A stretch of 64,000 nt of DNA from Candidatus Nomurabacteria bacterium (GTDB lineage: Bacteria; Patescibacteriota; Minisyncoccia; Phycocordibacterales; UBA9973), in NCBI GenBank assembly GCA_943350045.1, contig CALQZW010000001.1, positions 9,760 to 73,759 on the forward strand, given 5' to 3'. How positions within the stretch are numbered: the first letter of the stretch is position 1; each line of letters opens with the position of its first letter. Below, piece by piece: positions 35,496-46,452 of the stretch. Both the position numbers and the translations under genes were made by a program. The notes below the pieces were generated by a model. That model saw only the letters and a list, made by a program, of their open reading frames with translations. It ran no database searches and was not told the origin of the DNA.

Positions 35496-38195
35496 ATGCC
35501 ACCATTCAATCATTTCACAACAAAAGCGAAAGAAGCAATCCGAAAAGCTCACGAGCTTGCGATTGAGCGGGGACAGAACCATGTTTCTTCACTGCATCTT
35601 CTCACTGCACTATTGACTCAAGACGAGTCAATGGTTATTTCTATTCTCGACAAGCTTGATATTGACACAATTTTACTCACCGACACAGTCCTTGAGTCTA
35701 TTGAAGCACCAGAGACAAACAAAACACTTTCACCGTCATATCAGATATATCTCAATCCAGACCTCGCTGCCGCTATTGAGCAGTCTTCTAAAATTGCCGC
35801 AACACTTAAAGATGAATTTGTCTCTACAGAACATCTCTTTTTGGCAATTCTCGAAGTTCCTGGAGAAGCAAAAGAAGTGCTTGCTCGTTTCCGTCTATCA
35901 CGCGAAGTGGTTGAAAAAACTCTCGAAGATTTTAAAGCTTCAGGTGGTCCAGACGTCGAGTCTCCAAAGAAGGCACGCGCACTTTCAAAATACACTCGCT
36001 CGCTCACAAAGCTTGCCCGTGAAGACAAGCTCGACCCAGTCATCGGACGCGACACTGAAATCATGCGTATCATGCAGATTCTCTCACGCCGTACAAAAAA
36101 CAACCCAATTCTCATTGGAGAAGCAGGAACAGGAAAAACTGCAGTAGTCGAAGGACTTGCAAACCGTATTGCAAAAGGAGATGTTTCTGAATCTTTGAAA
36201 GAAAAAGATATTGTGTCTCTCGACCTCGGAGCATTGCTTGCGGGAACAAAATACCGTGGAGAATTTGAAGAGCGCCTCAAGACACTCATGAAAGAAGTCG
36301 AAAAAGCAGAAGGAAAAATCGTTCTCTTTATCGACGAGATTCACACTATTGTCGGAGCTGGAGCTTCAGAAGGATCACTTGATGCTTCAAATATGCTTAA
36401 GCCTGCACTTGCTCGCGGAGAAATGCGCGCAATTGGTGCAACGACTCTCAAGGAGTACCAGAAACATATTGAAAAAGACCCAGCACTCGCTCGTCGTTTC
36501 CAGCCTGTGTTCATCGATGAACCATCACAAGAAGATGCGATTGCAATCTTGCGTGGACTGAAAGAAAAGTACGAGGTATATCACGGAGTCCGAATTACTG
36601 ACGACGCAATTGTCGCTGCCGTAAATCTCTCTACTCGCTATATCACAAACCGATTCCTTCCAGACAAGGCAGTGGACTTGGTAGATGAAGCTGCATCTGC
36701 GCTTCGTATTGCGCTTGAAAACAAACCACCAATTCTTGAAGATGCGCATCGTAAAATAATGCGTCTTGAAGTTGAGCGTGAGGCACTCAAAAAAGAAGTT
36801 GAGCTCGGAACATTTGCAACACCAGCAGATAGTAAGGAGACGAAACAGCGTATCAAAGATATCGACAAAGAAATTGCAAACCTTCGTGAAGTCACAAAGG
36901 AAATTGAAATGAAATGGCAGAACGAGAAAGCACTCGTTTCAGAAATTCGTGCAATCAAAAAAGACCTTGAAGCGCTTCGTATCGAGGCCGATAACGCAGA
37001 GCTTCGTGTCGACCTTACTCGCGCAGCGGAAATTCGCTACGGTAGTATTCCAGCACTCAATAAAGAGCTTGACCTGAAACTTACTCGTCTCAAGAAACTT
37101 CAGAAGTCTCGCCGAATGCTCAAAGAAGAAATCACTGCAGAGGATATAGCAGAAGTTGTTGCACGTTGGACTGGTATTCCACTTACTCGCATGATGGAAG
37201 AGGAGCGCAAAAAACTTCAGCGAATGGAAGACGAACTTCGCAAGCGCGTAGTAGGACAAGAAGAGGCCATTACTCGCGTTGCAGACGTCGTACGTCGCTC
37301 ACGTGCGGGAATCAGTGACCCAAATCGCCCAATAGGCTCATTCATTTTCCTTGGTCCGACTGGAGTTGGAAAAACTGAGCTTACAAAGGCCCTTGCCGAC
37401 TTCATGTTCAATGACGACCGTGCCCTCATTCGCGTAGACATGAGTGAATACATGGAGCGTCACAGTATTTCAAAGCTCATTGGCTCGCCACCAGGATATG
37501 TTGGTCATGACGAAAGTGGATATCTTACGGAAGCAGTTCGTCACCGCCCGTACGCAGTCGTTCTCTTTGATGAGATTGAAAAGGCACACCCCGAAGTATT
37601 TAACATGCTTCTACAGGTACTCGACGACGGACGTCTTACTGACGCCAAAGGCCGTGTTGTGAACTTCAAGAATACAATCATAATCATGACAAGTAACATT
37701 GGCTCTCAGTACATTGAGAAGATGGAGTCGATTGGATTTTCAAATACTGCAACTGTTTCAGAGTACGCGAACGTAAAAGACCGTGTTCTTGAAGCACTCA
37801 AGGAAAGTTTCCGTCCTGAGTTTTTGAACCGTATCGATGAAATAGTACTGTTTGATGTACTTTCTAAAGAATCAATTCGTCAGATTGTTACGCTTCGTAC
37901 AAAGGTTGTCTCAACGCGCTTGGCTGGAAAGGGAATTGCACTCGATATTTCAGATGAGGCACTCGACTTTATGGCCGAAAAGGGACACGATCCGCACTAC
38001 GGAGCACGTCCACTGAACCGCTTGATTCAAACAAAAATTCTCAACCCTATTGCCTCATTCATTATTAGCAACGGCGTTGGAAAGGGAGATGCAGTCCGCG
38101 TAACGGTTAAAAATGGCGAGCTTGTTATTGAAGCGAAGAAAAGTATTAAGAAAACAAAAAGCACCGTTGTTACCCGAGTGAAAAAGACTGCATAA
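35496..38195 (+). CDS. clpB: ATP-dependent chaperone ClpB
   Basis: It has the Clp N domain, two AAA+ modules ([15 protein letters not shown] and [15 protein letters not shown]) and a long coiled-coil M-domain between them. Confidence 0.95.
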   Translation: MPPFNHFTTKAKEAIRKAHELAIERGQNHVSSLHLLTALLTQDESMVISILDKLDIDTILLTDTVLESIEAPETNKTLSPSYQIYLNPDLAAAIEQSSKIAATLKDEFVSTEHLFLAILEVPGEAKEVLARFRLSREVVEKTLEDFKASGGPDVESPKKARALSKYTRSLTKLAREDKLDPVIGRDTEIMRIMQILSRRTKNNPILIGEAGTGKTAVVEGLANRIAKGDVSESLKEKDIVSLDLGALLAGTKYRGEFEERLKTLMKEVEKAEGKIVLFIDEIHTIVGAGASEGSLDASNMLKPALARGEMRAIGATTLKEYQKHIEKDPALARRFQPVFIDEPSQEDAIAILRGLKEKYEVYHGVRITDDAIVAAVNLSTRYITNRFLPDKAVDLVDEAASALRIALENKPPILEDAHRKIMRLEVEREALKKEVELGTFATPADSKETKQRIKDIDKEIANLREVTKEIEMKWQNEKALVSEIRAIKKDLEALRIEADNAELRVDLTRAAEIRYGSIPALNKELDLKLTRLKKLQKSRRMLKEEITAEDIAEVVARWTGIPLTRMMEEERKKLQRMEDELRKRVVGQEEAITRVADVVRRSRAGISDPNRPIGSFIFLGPTGVGKTELTKALADFMFNDDRALIRVDMSEYMERHSISKLIGSPPGYVGHDESGYLTEAVRHRPYAVVLFDEIEKAHPEVFNMLLQVLDDGRLTDAKGRVVNFKNTIIIMTSNIGSQYIEKMESIGFSNTATVSEYANVKDRVLEALKESFRPEFLNRIDEIVLFDVLSKESIRQIVTLRTKVVSTRLAGKGIALDISDEALDFMAEKGHDPHYGARPLNRLIQTKILNPIASFIISNGVGKGDAVRVTVKNGELVIEAKKSIKKTKSTVVTRVKKTA

Positions 38196-38292
38196 TTGTA
38201 AAAGCATAATAAAAACCCAACTCTTGACAGTTGGGTTTTTATTATGCTTTATTATCGAATAGATTCATTCTTTTAAACTTAAAACAAACTAC

Positions 38293-38739
38293 ATGAAAAA
38301 AACAGCATTTACAGTTTTAGCTTTTCTGGTAATCATACTCACTGCCTGCGACAACCAACCCAGCTCGCCGCATAGAAAACCTCTTAATGGTTCCATTGAG
38401 ATGGATACAATTAGTTTTGACTCGGTCTGGAGTTTTGTCGAAGAACATGGTTACGATCTTTCTTACAGAAACTTCTGGGACGATAGTGTCACCGAAAGAG
38501 AGTTTTCTTTTCAAGATTCTTCTGGTGTTGCTTGGAGAATTTTAACTCTAAGGAACTATCCGGTGCGTAGAAAGCCTGGAGTGCGCTCGAAAATCTTGAT
38601 ATATCGATACACTGGTGATTTCACCCGGAGTTTCGATTTGACCAGTCATTGTTGTGTTTTGGATATACATGATTCCGTACATCGTGCTCCACAAGCCGTG
38701 GTTTTGTTTGCACGGCAGTATAGGTCAAATCGTAGTTAA
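38293..38739 (+). CDS. lipoprotein, hypothetical
   Basis: The signal MKKTAFTVLAFLVIILTAC carries a lipobox. A terminator hairpin follows at 38764-38795. Confidence 0.5.
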   Translation: MKKTAFTVLAFLVIILTACDNQPSSPHRKPLNGSIEMDTISFDSVWSFVEEHGYDLSYRNFWDDSVTEREFSFQDSSGVAWRILTLRNYPVRRKPGVRSKILIYRYTGDFTRSFDLTSHCCVLDIHDSVHRAPQAVVLFARQYRSNRS

Positions 38740-38796
38740 AATTCTACTCAAGAAAGTATATAAAAACCGCATCTAAATTCGATGCGGTTTTTGTTT

Positions 38797-38882
38797 TGGT
38801 GCGCCGGGAAGGATTTGAACCTTCGTAGCCCGAAGGCGACAGATTTACAGTCTGTTGTAATTGACCACTCTACCACCGACGC
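38797..38882 (-). tRNA. tRNA-Tyr (anticodon GUA) with encoded 3' CCA
   Basis: This is a type II tRNA with anticodon loop cuGUAaa. ACCA is encoded at the 3' end. Confidence 0.8.
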
Positions 38883-38967
38883 ATATAGGGGAACTTCTCT
38901 AGTATACACAATTTATACTTTCTTTCAATTGTCTCCAGATATTGGTATAACTACAGGAGTCATATAT

Positions 38968-40110
38968 ATGAAAATCCCTCCCAACTCACCACTAAGCTAT
39001 ATCGAACTCTCGGCAAGTAATCTTGTGCATAATATTAGTACAATTCGAGCCGTTCTTGCCAAAGAGGTGAAGGTCGCTTTTGCAATTAAAGGCAACGCGT
39101 ACGGTCATGGTCAAAATCAGATTGCGAAAATCGCCGAGCCACACGTCGACTACTTCATGGTAAACAGTCTCGAAGAGTTGCGACTCTTGCGTACCATCTC
39201 AAAAAAGCCAACATTTCTTCTCGGATATGTTTCAGAGGTCAATATTTCTGAGGCGCTGTCTCTCGGTTGTATTCTTGGAATATTTTCAGTTGAACAGTTT
39301 TCTCGCGTGCAAAAATATGCAAAGAAAATGAACATAGTGCAGGAGGTTCATATTGCCTGTGATGCTCTACTCGGACGTGAAGGCTTTCTAGAGAAAGAAC
39401 TTCCTGCCGTTTTAATCTTGGCGAAAAAATCAAAAAATGTTCGTATTACTGGTATGTATGCACACTTTGCAAACATTGAAGATACGAATAATTTTACTCA
39501 TGCAGAGCGACAAATTTCCGCGTATGCTCGGATGCGAGAAATCGCCAGCGAATATGGATACGGAGATATTATGACGCATATTTCTGCGACGAGTGGAGTA
39601 CTTGCGTATGAATCAAACAATTCAATCAATCCGCTTGTTCGTGTTGGGATTGGAGCATATGGACTGTGGCCGAGTGATCACTTGGAATATCAAAACCGCA
39701 AGAAGATTACATTTAAGCCCGTTCTTTCGTGGAAGACTCATGTTGCTCAGGTAAAGACATTGCCAGCCGGCAGAACTATTGGCTATGGTCTCACGTATAT
39801 GACTCACAAGGCAACAAAAATTGCTCTGGTGCCACAAGGATACGCCGATGGATATCCTCGCCTTCTTTCAAACACTGGGCATGTCCTCATTGGCGGTAAA
39901 AAGTGCCCAATTCGTGGACGAGTCTCAATGAACATGTTTGTTGTCGATGTTTCAAAACTCGCCAAGGTCGCAGAAGGTGACGAGGTCGTACTTCTCGGTA
40001 CTCAAGGCAAGGCACACATATCGGCAGAAGAGCTCGGAGTACTCTCAGGAACCATTAATTATGAAGCTGTAACCAGGATTAACCCGTTACTTCCGAGGAT
40101 TATTATGTAG
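38968..40110 (+). CDS. alr: alanine racemase
   Basis: The start was trimmed to MKIPPNS (ATG at 38968), because the ORF-track start overlaps tRNA-Tyr. The PLP-Lys motif AIKGNAYGHG is present. Confidence 0.85.
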   Translation: MKIPPNSPLSYIELSASNLVHNISTIRAVLAKEVKVAFAIKGNAYGHGQNQIAKIAEPHVDYFMVNSLEELRLLRTISKKPTFLLGYVSEVNISEALSLGCILGIFSVEQFSRVQKYAKKMNIVQEVHIACDALLGREGFLEKELPAVLILAKKSKNVRITGMYAHFANIEDTNNFTHAERQISAYARMREIASEYGYGDIMTHISATSGVLAYESNNSINPLVRVGIGAYGLWPSDHLEYQNRKKITFKPVLSWKTHVAQVKTLPAGRTIGYGLTYMTHKATKIALVPQGYADGYPRLLSNTGHVLIGGKKCPIRGRVSMNMFVVDVSKLAKVAEGDEVVLLGTQGKAHISAEELGVLSGTINYEAVTRINPLLPRIIM

Positions 40111-40202
40111 TCCACTGACCTCCTTGTTATTTTCCCTCAACTATGCTATTGTTTCTTGGTATCGAAATTACAGCTGTACGCTGACAGCCAAACCTAAAAA
40201 CA

Positions 40203-40361
40203 GCCCCATCCATGTCTCAAGATAAACTCATCAAACTAGCTTGTACTTCATGCAAACGCATCAACTACTGGTCACGCAAGAACAAGAAGCTCGTCACTCG
40301 AAAGATTGAGCTTAATAAGTATTGTAAGTGGTGCAAAGTGCAGAAAAAGCACAAGGAAGTC
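40203..40361 (+). CDS. rpmG: 50S ribosomal protein L33
   Basis: This 52-aa ORF is missing from the ORF track. MSQDKLIKLACTSCKRINYWSRKNKKLVTRKIELNKYCKWCKVQKKHKEVKK has the L33 zinc-ribbon Cys pattern. Confidence 0.85.
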
Positions 40362-40374
40362 AAGAAATAATATA

Positions 40375-40405
40375 TATTTCTGCAAAAGCCCCGCTCGGGG
40401 CTTTT
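40375..40405 (+). terminator. rho-independent terminator after rpmG
   Basis: The sequence is AAAAGCCCCGctcgGGGCTTTTgtttt. Confidence 0.8.
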
Positions 40406-40468
40406 GTTTTGTCTAAATTAGATTTTTCTGGGGGTTTCTGGTATCCTACAGACGTACGATTCTCGTAC

Positions 40469-40539
40469 GGGCCTATAGTTCAGCGGTAGAATTCTCGTCT
40501 CCAAAACGAGCGACCGAGGTTCGAATCCTCGTGGGCCCG
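40469..40539 (+). tRNA. tRNA-Trp (anticodon CCA)
   Basis: GGGCCTATAGTTCAGCGGTAGAATTCTCGTCTCCAAAACGAGCGACCGAGGTTCGAATCCTCGTGGGCCCG has anticodon loop cuCCAaa. Confidence 0.85.
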
Positions 40540-40600
40540 CAAATACGGTATACTATAGGAGTTTAGAAATATTTTAACTCTTAATTGGTACACTATTCTT

Positions 40601-41383
40601 ATGCACACGCGTTACGCAATTGCACGACCACAGGTCATGGTATTAGATTCTCGTTCAGGGGTTGGGTATTCACGCACAAAGCGTCAGTATACGCCGATTC
40701 CGTCGAGACAGTATTTTGTTCACGATGCTCCTCGTACTGATTCAGTCCGAGAGAAGCTCTCCCGTAGCGGAGTTTCGGCGCTCAGTACCCCTGAGCTCCT
40801 CTCTCTTGTTATGGCTGGTGGAGTAGATGACGCCGAAGCTTTGGCTGTTGCTCATCGTGTTAGTCGCGACTATGGTGAAAAAACGCTTGCGAAAGCGTTT
40901 AAAGCCGAGACTGCTGCCGATGAACTTTCTGTCCCACTCCCGAAGGCAGTGCAAATCGTTGCGTGTGCAGAGCTCGGACGTCGTTTCTATGAAAAGAACA
41001 CGTCTTCTGCTCCGGTTATTCGCTGTGCTGATGATGTGTATGCATATGTAAAAGATATGCACGATTTACCAAAAGAGCATTTACGTGGACTCTATTTAAA
41101 TGCGCACTACAAAGTCATTCATACTGAGACGATTTCAATCGGTACGATCGACAGTAGTATTATTCATCCACGTGAAGTATTTCGCCCAGCTCTCGAGTAC
41201 TCTGCTGTTGCAGTAGTGCTCGTACACAATCATCCATCTGGAGAAACAACTCCAAGTGATGCGGATATTCGCATTACCAATCAACTCATTTCTGCAGGAA
41301 GACTTCTTGGAGTAGAACTTGTTGACCATATTATTGTCACGAAAGACACCTTCGCAAGTATTTCCGCAGACTATTCAGAGTAG
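40601..41383 (+). CDS. radC: RadC-family protein (JAB/MPN domain, UPF0758)
   Basis: An N-terminal HhH region is followed by a JAB domain with the motif VVLVHNHPSGETTPSDAD. Confidence 0.85.
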   Translation: MHTRYAIARPQVMVLDSRSGVGYSRTKRQYTPIPSRQYFVHDAPRTDSVREKLSRSGVSALSTPELLSLVMAGGVDDAEALAVAHRVSRDYGEKTLAKAFKAETAADELSVPLPKAVQIVACAELGRRFYEKNTSSAPVIRCADDVYAYVKDMHDLPKEHLRGLYLNAHYKVIHTETISIGTIDSSIIHPREVFRPALEYSAVAVVLVHNHPSGETTPSDADIRITNQLISAGRLLGVELVDHIIVTKDTFASISADYSE

Positions 41384-41388
41384 TATCT

Positions 41389-41676
41389 ATGTATACAAAA
41401 TCAGTGCCGTCTGACGCATTCTTGGCCCAGTGTGGCTTGTTTATTCGCCCTGCCTTGTACGTCCGTGAATCATTTCCAGAAGGGAATGACCTACTCGAAC
41501 AATACCTCAAAGACGCCCGAAATATTTTCCGAACTGAGTGCGATATGTTGCTCCATACAGAACGAGCATTTACAGAGTCTGATGGGAAGAGTCTTTCCTC
41601 CATGTTAAAGCTTCTAATCGACGCTCGTAAGACATGGCAAGAAGAGCACGACCGGACGAGTAAAAAACAGTCCTAG
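41389..41676 (+). CDS. hypothetical protein
   Basis: This is a 95-aa ORF. Confidence 0.35.
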   Translation: MYTKSVPSDAFLAQCGLFIRPALYVRESFPEGNDLLEQYLKDARNIFRTECDMLLHTERAFTESDGKSLSSMLKLLIDARKTWQEEHDRTSKKQS

Positions 41677-42575
41677 GCTCGTAGGTGCTTCTTTGCAAGA
41701 GAAGTCGCTTTGGAAAGAGTGGCTTTTTTTGTTGGGTCCAGCCAGATAATATTCTTATTTCGCTTAAACCATGTACGTTGGCGTTTTACATATTGCCAGG
41801 TAGCAGAATAGAGGTCTGTGATCATTTGCTCCTTGGAGATGTTCTTTTTTAGATAGTCAGCGACAAACCTGTACTCAAGTCCAAAAGAATATAGGCGTTT
41901 CCAGGAAAGCCCTGCTTCGTGTAGGCCAGAAACTTCTTTAATCATTCCTTGGCGAATGCGGGCAAGAAGGCGAGCGTGGATGCGCTCTTTCAGATTATCG
42001 TCTTTTGTGTCGAGTCCAATATACAGCACGTTCCATTGTGGGTCGGTAAAAACTTTTGGAACAGATCCGAGCACTGTCGCTATTTCAATCGCACGAACAA
42101 GTCGCACCGGATTTTGAACATCAACAGTCTCTGCACGCTCGGAGTCTAGGGTGAGCAGGCGAGCAAGGAGTTGTTCTTTCGAAAGCACGGATAGTTCTTT
42201 GCGGAGTTCTGTATTGGGCGGAACTTCAGGAAGCGCATTTCCTTGCACGAGAGTATCTATGTAGAAACCAGTGCCTCCGCAAACTATCGGTACTTTGCCT
42301 CGCTTTGAAATATCTTTTGCAATTCGCTGTGCTTTTTTTACAAACTGTGCAACGGAAAACTGTCGCTTTGGGTCGGCGATGTCGAGCATGTAGTGAGGGA
42401 CTCCGGCCATTTCTTTTTTTGTTACTTTGCCAGTTCCAAGGTCCATTCCTCTGTACACCTGACGAGAATCTGCGGAGATTATTTCACCGCCAATAGCTTT
42501 GGCGATTTCAACTGCGAGTGCACTTTTACCTGATGCGGTTGGTCCGCAGATGACAATCATTTTTGGGAGATTCAT
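41673..42575 (-). CDS. miaA: tRNA dimethylallyltransferase
   Basis: It has the P-loop IVICGPTASGKSALAVEIA, then ISADSRQVYRGMDLGTGK. Confidence 0.9.
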   Translation of the reverse strand: MNLPKMIVICGPTASGKSALAVEIAKAIGGEIISADSRQVYRGMDLGTGKVTKKEMAGVPHYMLDIADPKRQFSVAQFVKKAQRIAKDISKRGKVPIVCGGTGFYIDTLVQGNALPEVPPNTELRKELSVLSKEQLLARLLTLDSERAETVDVQNPVRLVRAIEIATVLGSVPKVFTDPQWNVLYIGLDTKDDNLKERIHARLLARIRQGMIKEVSGLHEAGLSWKRLYSFGLEYRFVADYLKKNISKEQMITDLYSATWQYVKRQRTWFKRNKNIIWLDPTKKATLSKATSLAKKHLRA

Positions 42576-42745
42576 GTGTGATTGATACTAGCAAATTATT
42601 AGCAAACTTTGAAGTTGGTCGTAATAGAAAAACTCAAAGCATTACTGCCTTGAGTTTTTCCTGTTCCTCTGTCTTGCGACAGAGTCGGGCCGAAGCCATT
42701 TGTACTTGTAGTATATCAAACAAAAATACACTGAGTCAAACAATG

Positions 42746-42826
42746 TGCCGGAGAAGGGACTTGAACCCTTAAGCCTTACGGCATGCGATTTTGAGTCGCA
42801 CGTGTATACCATTCCACCACTCCGGC
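42746..42826 (-). tRNA. tRNA-Leu (anticodon CAA)
   Basis: This is a type II tRNA with anticodon loop cuCAAaa. Confidence 0.8.
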
Positions 42827-42912
42827 AGGTACTCGGCCATTCTACACGAAACCAACATGTTTTTCCATACCCCCAGTTTCCGACTTTCTGCTTCATGCTT
42901 TATACTTACTCC

Positions 42913-44172
42913 ATGGCAGATTTTTATTCCAACTCTATTTTCTGGGTCGAGGTCGACAAGATTCGTCCGAACCCATGGCAACCACGTCGAGAATTTGAAG
43001 AAGGTCCACTTCGTGACCTCTCAGAGTCCATCCGTCAGTATGGTGTGATGCAACCGCTTACAGTGAGCCGTGTTGAACGCGAGAAACCTGAAGGTGGTAT
43101 CGCAGTTGAGTACGAACTCATCGCAGGAGAGCGTCGACTTCGTGCCTCAAAACTCGCCGGTCTCTCGCAAGTTCCTGTCCTCATTCGTCAGGGTGATACA
43201 TCTCAGGAAAAACTTGAGCTGGCAATCATTGAGAACCTTCAGCGTGCGGATCTCAATCCAGTAGAACGTGCGCAGGCATTTGCTCGACTCGCTGCAGAGT
43301 TCAAACTTCAGCATGCAGATATTGGAAAGAAAATGGGACGTTCTCGTGAATACGTTTCAAACACACTTCGCATTCTTGCGCTCCCAGAAGAAATGCTCTC
43401 TGCTCTTGCAAGTGGAAAGATAACCGAAGGACATACGCGTCCATTGCTCATGCTTTCAGATAGACCAGAAGAGCAGATGGTGTTGTTTAAAGAAATTACG
43501 AGCAAGAAAGTGACTGTGCGAGAGGCGGAGCGCGCGGCACGAAATATCGCAGTTGAACGCGCCCGACGCGCTCCGCGACAGACAGACCCGATTCTCGCAG
43601 AAATCGAAGCATCGCTTCAGAAAATGCTCGGTCAGCGAGTACAGGTAGAGCAAGATGCAATCGGTGGGCGAGTGACGATTAGTTTCCTTACTCCAGAAGA
43701 ACTTCGTTCAATCATTTCACACCTTCAGCCCTCAAGTACTGTACCCGAGGTTGCATCTCAGCCTGTCGTGGATGTTTCTGTATATGAAAATACGCCATAC
43801 GCGCCAGAGCCTGCTATAGTTTCCGAGCCAGTCTCAATACCCGAACCGGTATTTATGCAAGAACCTGTTTTTGTTACGGAGCAGATTTCTGTACCAGAAC
43901 CTGAACCGATGATTATTTCCGAGGTAGCTATGGTTCCTGAACCAGTTTTTACCCCTGAGCAAGTGTCTGTGCCTGAGCCTGTCCTGGTCATGATGACTGA
44001 GGACGTAAGTGTTCCTGAACCAGTTGTTCCTGACTTTACTCCAGCACCTGCCCCAAGTCCTGTTCCTGAGCCGATGTTTGTCGCAACGATTGCTATACCG
44101 ACAACTCCGACTGTAACACCGTCGCTGATGCAAGAACAAGACGATTCAGACCTATATAGTTTTAGTTTGTAA
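42913..44172 (+). CDS. parB: ParB/Spo0J-family partition protein with a C-terminal Pro/Glu/Val-rich repeat tail
   Basis: The start was trimmed to MADFYSN (ATG at 42913), downstream of tRNA-Leu. The ParB motifs QPRREF and ELIAGERRLRASKLAG are present. The tail has repeated VPEPV/EPVF units. Confidence 0.85.
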   Translation: MADFYSNSIFWVEVDKIRPNPWQPRREFEEGPLRDLSESIRQYGVMQPLTVSRVEREKPEGGIAVEYELIAGERRLRASKLAGLSQVPVLIRQGDTSQEKLELAIIENLQRADLNPVERAQAFARLAAEFKLQHADIGKKMGRSREYVSNTLRILALPEEMLSALASGKITEGHTRPLLMLSDRPEEQMVLFKEITSKKVTVREAERAARNIAVERARRAPRQTDPILAEIEASLQKMLGQRVQVEQDAIGGRVTISFLTPEELRSIISHLQPSSTVPEVASQPVVDVSVYENTPYAPEPAIVSEPVSIPEPVFMQEPVFVTEQISVPEPEPMIISEVAMVPEPVFTPEQVSVPEPVLVMMTEDVSVPEPVVPDFTPAPAPSPVPEPMFVATIAIPTTPTVTPSLMQEQDDSDLYSFSL

Positions 44173-44271
44173 GAAACAAAAGAACCGCTCCGGCGGTTTT
44201 TTTGTTTGACTTTATTTGGTTTTGTGATATAAATGCGACAACATTCATTGTTCATCTAAAACAAAATAAAC

Positions 44272-44901
44272 ATGCAGATTCAAAAACAACAAAAAGTAGT
44301 GACACAAAGACTAAGTGTCCAAGAGTTGCAGAGTAATGCCACTAAAGAAATTGGTCGGATTATTTCGGAGACACTTAAAGAGTTTGACCCGGAGATAGTT
44401 CGCTCGTTAAACCTGAGTACGTATGCGTTAAGTAGTATTGTTGAAAATTCTAATTTTAAGGATGCAGTTAACGCAAGTATCCTCAGGGTGGTTAAAGAAT
44501 ATGCAGTCGAAAATAGATTGCTTCGGCGTATATGGAATCCGGTTCAGTTCCGTGTTTCTGAAAGCGACATTGAGGACTCTTCTTTAGTCGCTCAGAAATT
44601 ACGCGAGGCACTCCCGCCTGGTCTGTATGAAATAACATACCTTGAACCTAAGTATGAATCAGCAACATACGGTGATTCGTTGAAGTATCTTAGAAAAAGT
44701 GGAGCACTGTTTCTGGGCATTGATTTACTCAGAATATTGCAAGACAACCCAGAATGGGTAAAAGATGATACCCGTGCGATAACCGTGATTGATGATGAGA
44801 GTTCTCATTACCTCTTGAAAGGAGAAATATATCCGAGTTCTGTGGAGAAAAACGGATTAAAGGATTACGATATTCTCGTCCATTTTGTAAAACTTTCGTA
44901 G
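44272..44901 (+). CDS. hypothetical protein
   Basis: The 209-aa ORF is followed by a bidirectional terminator (CCTTAGTACAcaatGTACTAAGG, 44925-44950). Confidence 0.45.
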   Translation: MQIQKQQKVVTQRLSVQELQSNATKEIGRIISETLKEFDPEIVRSLNLSTYALSSIVENSNFKDAVNASILRVVKEYAVENRLLRRIWNPVQFRVSESDIEDSSLVAQKLREALPPGLYEITYLEPKYESATYGDSLKYLRKSGALFLGIDLLRILQDNPEWVKDDTRAITVIDDESSHYLLKGEIYPSSVEKNGLKDYDILVHFVKLS

Positions 44902-44970
44902 TAAAATTGTAAGCACAATCTATCTAAAAATCCCCTTAGTACACAATGTACTAAGGGAATTTTTTTTATA

Positions 44971-46449
44971 TTAAGAACGAAATTTTTTCGGAATAAATCG
45001 AGCGAGTATGCCACTTTCTTCATGCTCTTTCAGATAGGTACGAATATGTTTCTTTGCCATGTTCGTTTTTGCGTAATCGATCCAACGACTTTTTGGCTTG
45101 CTGTCTTTGCGTGTAATTATTTCAACGATATTTGATGAGTTGAGTGTGGTATCGAGTGCCACAAACTTTCCATTTATTCTTGCTCCGGAAGCTGTATTTC
45201 CAATATCGGTATGTACTGCGTATGCGAAGTCGATTACCGATGATCCATGAGGGAGGTCGAGGACATCTCCTTTTGGAGTAAAGACATACATGCGGTCGTT
45301 ACAGAAATCGTTTTTTACATGTTCAAAAAACTTTGTTGGCTCAGGAGTTTCTTGGTCAAGATTTTTGAATTCATCTACCCATTTGAACTTCGCATCTTTT
45401 TCAGTACTTGCAGTATTCTCTTTATACGCAAAATGAGAGGCGATACCAAACTCTGCTCGAAGATGCATTGCCTGTGTACGAATCTGTACCTCGGCAATAC
45501 CTCCATCTCCAGAAAAGACTGTCGTATGCAAAGATTGGTAGCCGTTGAGTTTAGGAAGGGCTATGTAGTCCTTTATACGCCCCGGCAGAGGCCTCCAGAG
45601 CGAATGAATGATTCCAAGTACTGCGTAGCACTCTTCGACGGTCTCTACGATGACTCGGAGGGCTACGAGGTCGTATACGGTATCAATAGTTGCTCCCTTC
45701 TTTTGTAATTTCTTCCAAAGACTATATTTATGCTTTACTCGATGGTCGAGGGCGTGAACAGTGATTGGGTGTTTTGCGAGTTCGGCAACTAGTTTTGAGT
45801 GAACGGTGTTTAGTGACGATTCAATTGTTTCTTTTCGCTCGTCGAGAATATTTGAAATCTTTTCGAATTCTTTCGGGTTGGCGTATGGAAACGCCGCGTC
45901 TTCTATCTCACCTTTGAGCATTCCGATTCCAAGACGGTCGGCAAGGGGAGCGTAGACTTGAATAGATTCGATTGCAATGCGTTCTTGTTTGTCTTTTCGA
46001 ACATGCTCAAGCGTGCTGAGGTTGTGGAGGCGGTCGGCGAGTTTAATCATAAGCACTCGTGGGTCTTGAGCGAGTGCCATAAGGAAGCGACGAAGACTCT
46101 CCAGATTTCGTTCGCGTCCGCGATATTTTACATGGCCGAGTTTTGTAACTCCTTGTACCAGTGTGCAAATTTCTGCTCCAAACTCGCGTGTAATGTCTTC
46201 GTCGGTAACAGGCGTGTCTTCTATTGTGTCATGCAAAAAACCTGCAGCGATTGTCGGTACTGACATTTGATATCGAGCGAGATTAAGAGCCGTTGCGAAC
46301 ACATGGGTGAAGTATGGCTCACCACTTTTGCGAGCTTGTCCGTCATGAGCTTTGAGTGCATAGGTATATGCTTTCTCGAGAAGATTTTTCTCTTCTGTTG
46401 AAATGTCTTGCAATTGATTGAAAATCTCGTTGATATCGCAGGTGTGCAT
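44971..46449 (-). CDS. bifunctional (p)ppGpp synthetase/hydrolase (RelA/SpoT homolog, short form)
   Basis: It has the HD hydrolase motif (FLHDTIEDT), the synthetase region (RVKHKYSLWKK, YQSLHTTV) and a C-terminal TGS-like region. No ACT domain was evident. Confidence 0.85.
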   Translation of the reverse strand: MHTCDINEIFNQLQDISTEEKNLLEKAYTYALKAHDGQARKSGEPYFTHVFATALNLARYQMSVPTIAAGFLHDTIEDTPVTDEDITREFGAEICTLVQGVTKLGHVKYRGRERNLESLRRFLMALAQDPRVLMIKLADRLHNLSTLEHVRKDKQERIAIESIQVYAPLADRLGIGMLKGEIEDAAFPYANPKEFEKISNILDERKETIESSLNTVHSKLVAELAKHPITVHALDHRVKHKYSLWKKLQKKGATIDTVYDLVALRVIVETVEECYAVLGIIHSLWRPLPGRIKDYIALPKLNGYQSLHTTVFSGDGGIAEVQIRTQAMHLRAEFGIASHFAYKENTASTEKDAKFKWVDEFKNLDQETPEPTKFFEHVKNDFCNDRMYVFTPKGDVLDLPHGSSVIDFAYAVHTDIGNTASGARINGKFVALDTTLNSSNIVEIITRKDSKPKSRWIDYAKTNMAKKHIRTYLKEHEESGILARFIPKKFRS

Positions 46450-46452
46450 ATA

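Noticed and set aside
38782-38967. Upstream extension of the alanine racemase ORF (start at 38782)
   Set aside because: The extension overlaps the minus-strand tRNA-Tyr (38797..38882) and translates to a non-protein-like sequence, so the start was trimmed to the ATG at 38968.
43758-44255. 165-aa Gly/Ser/Thr-rich minus-strand ORF
   Set aside because: It is antisense to the ParB proline-rich repeat tail. Its low complexity simply mirrors the VPEPV repeats.
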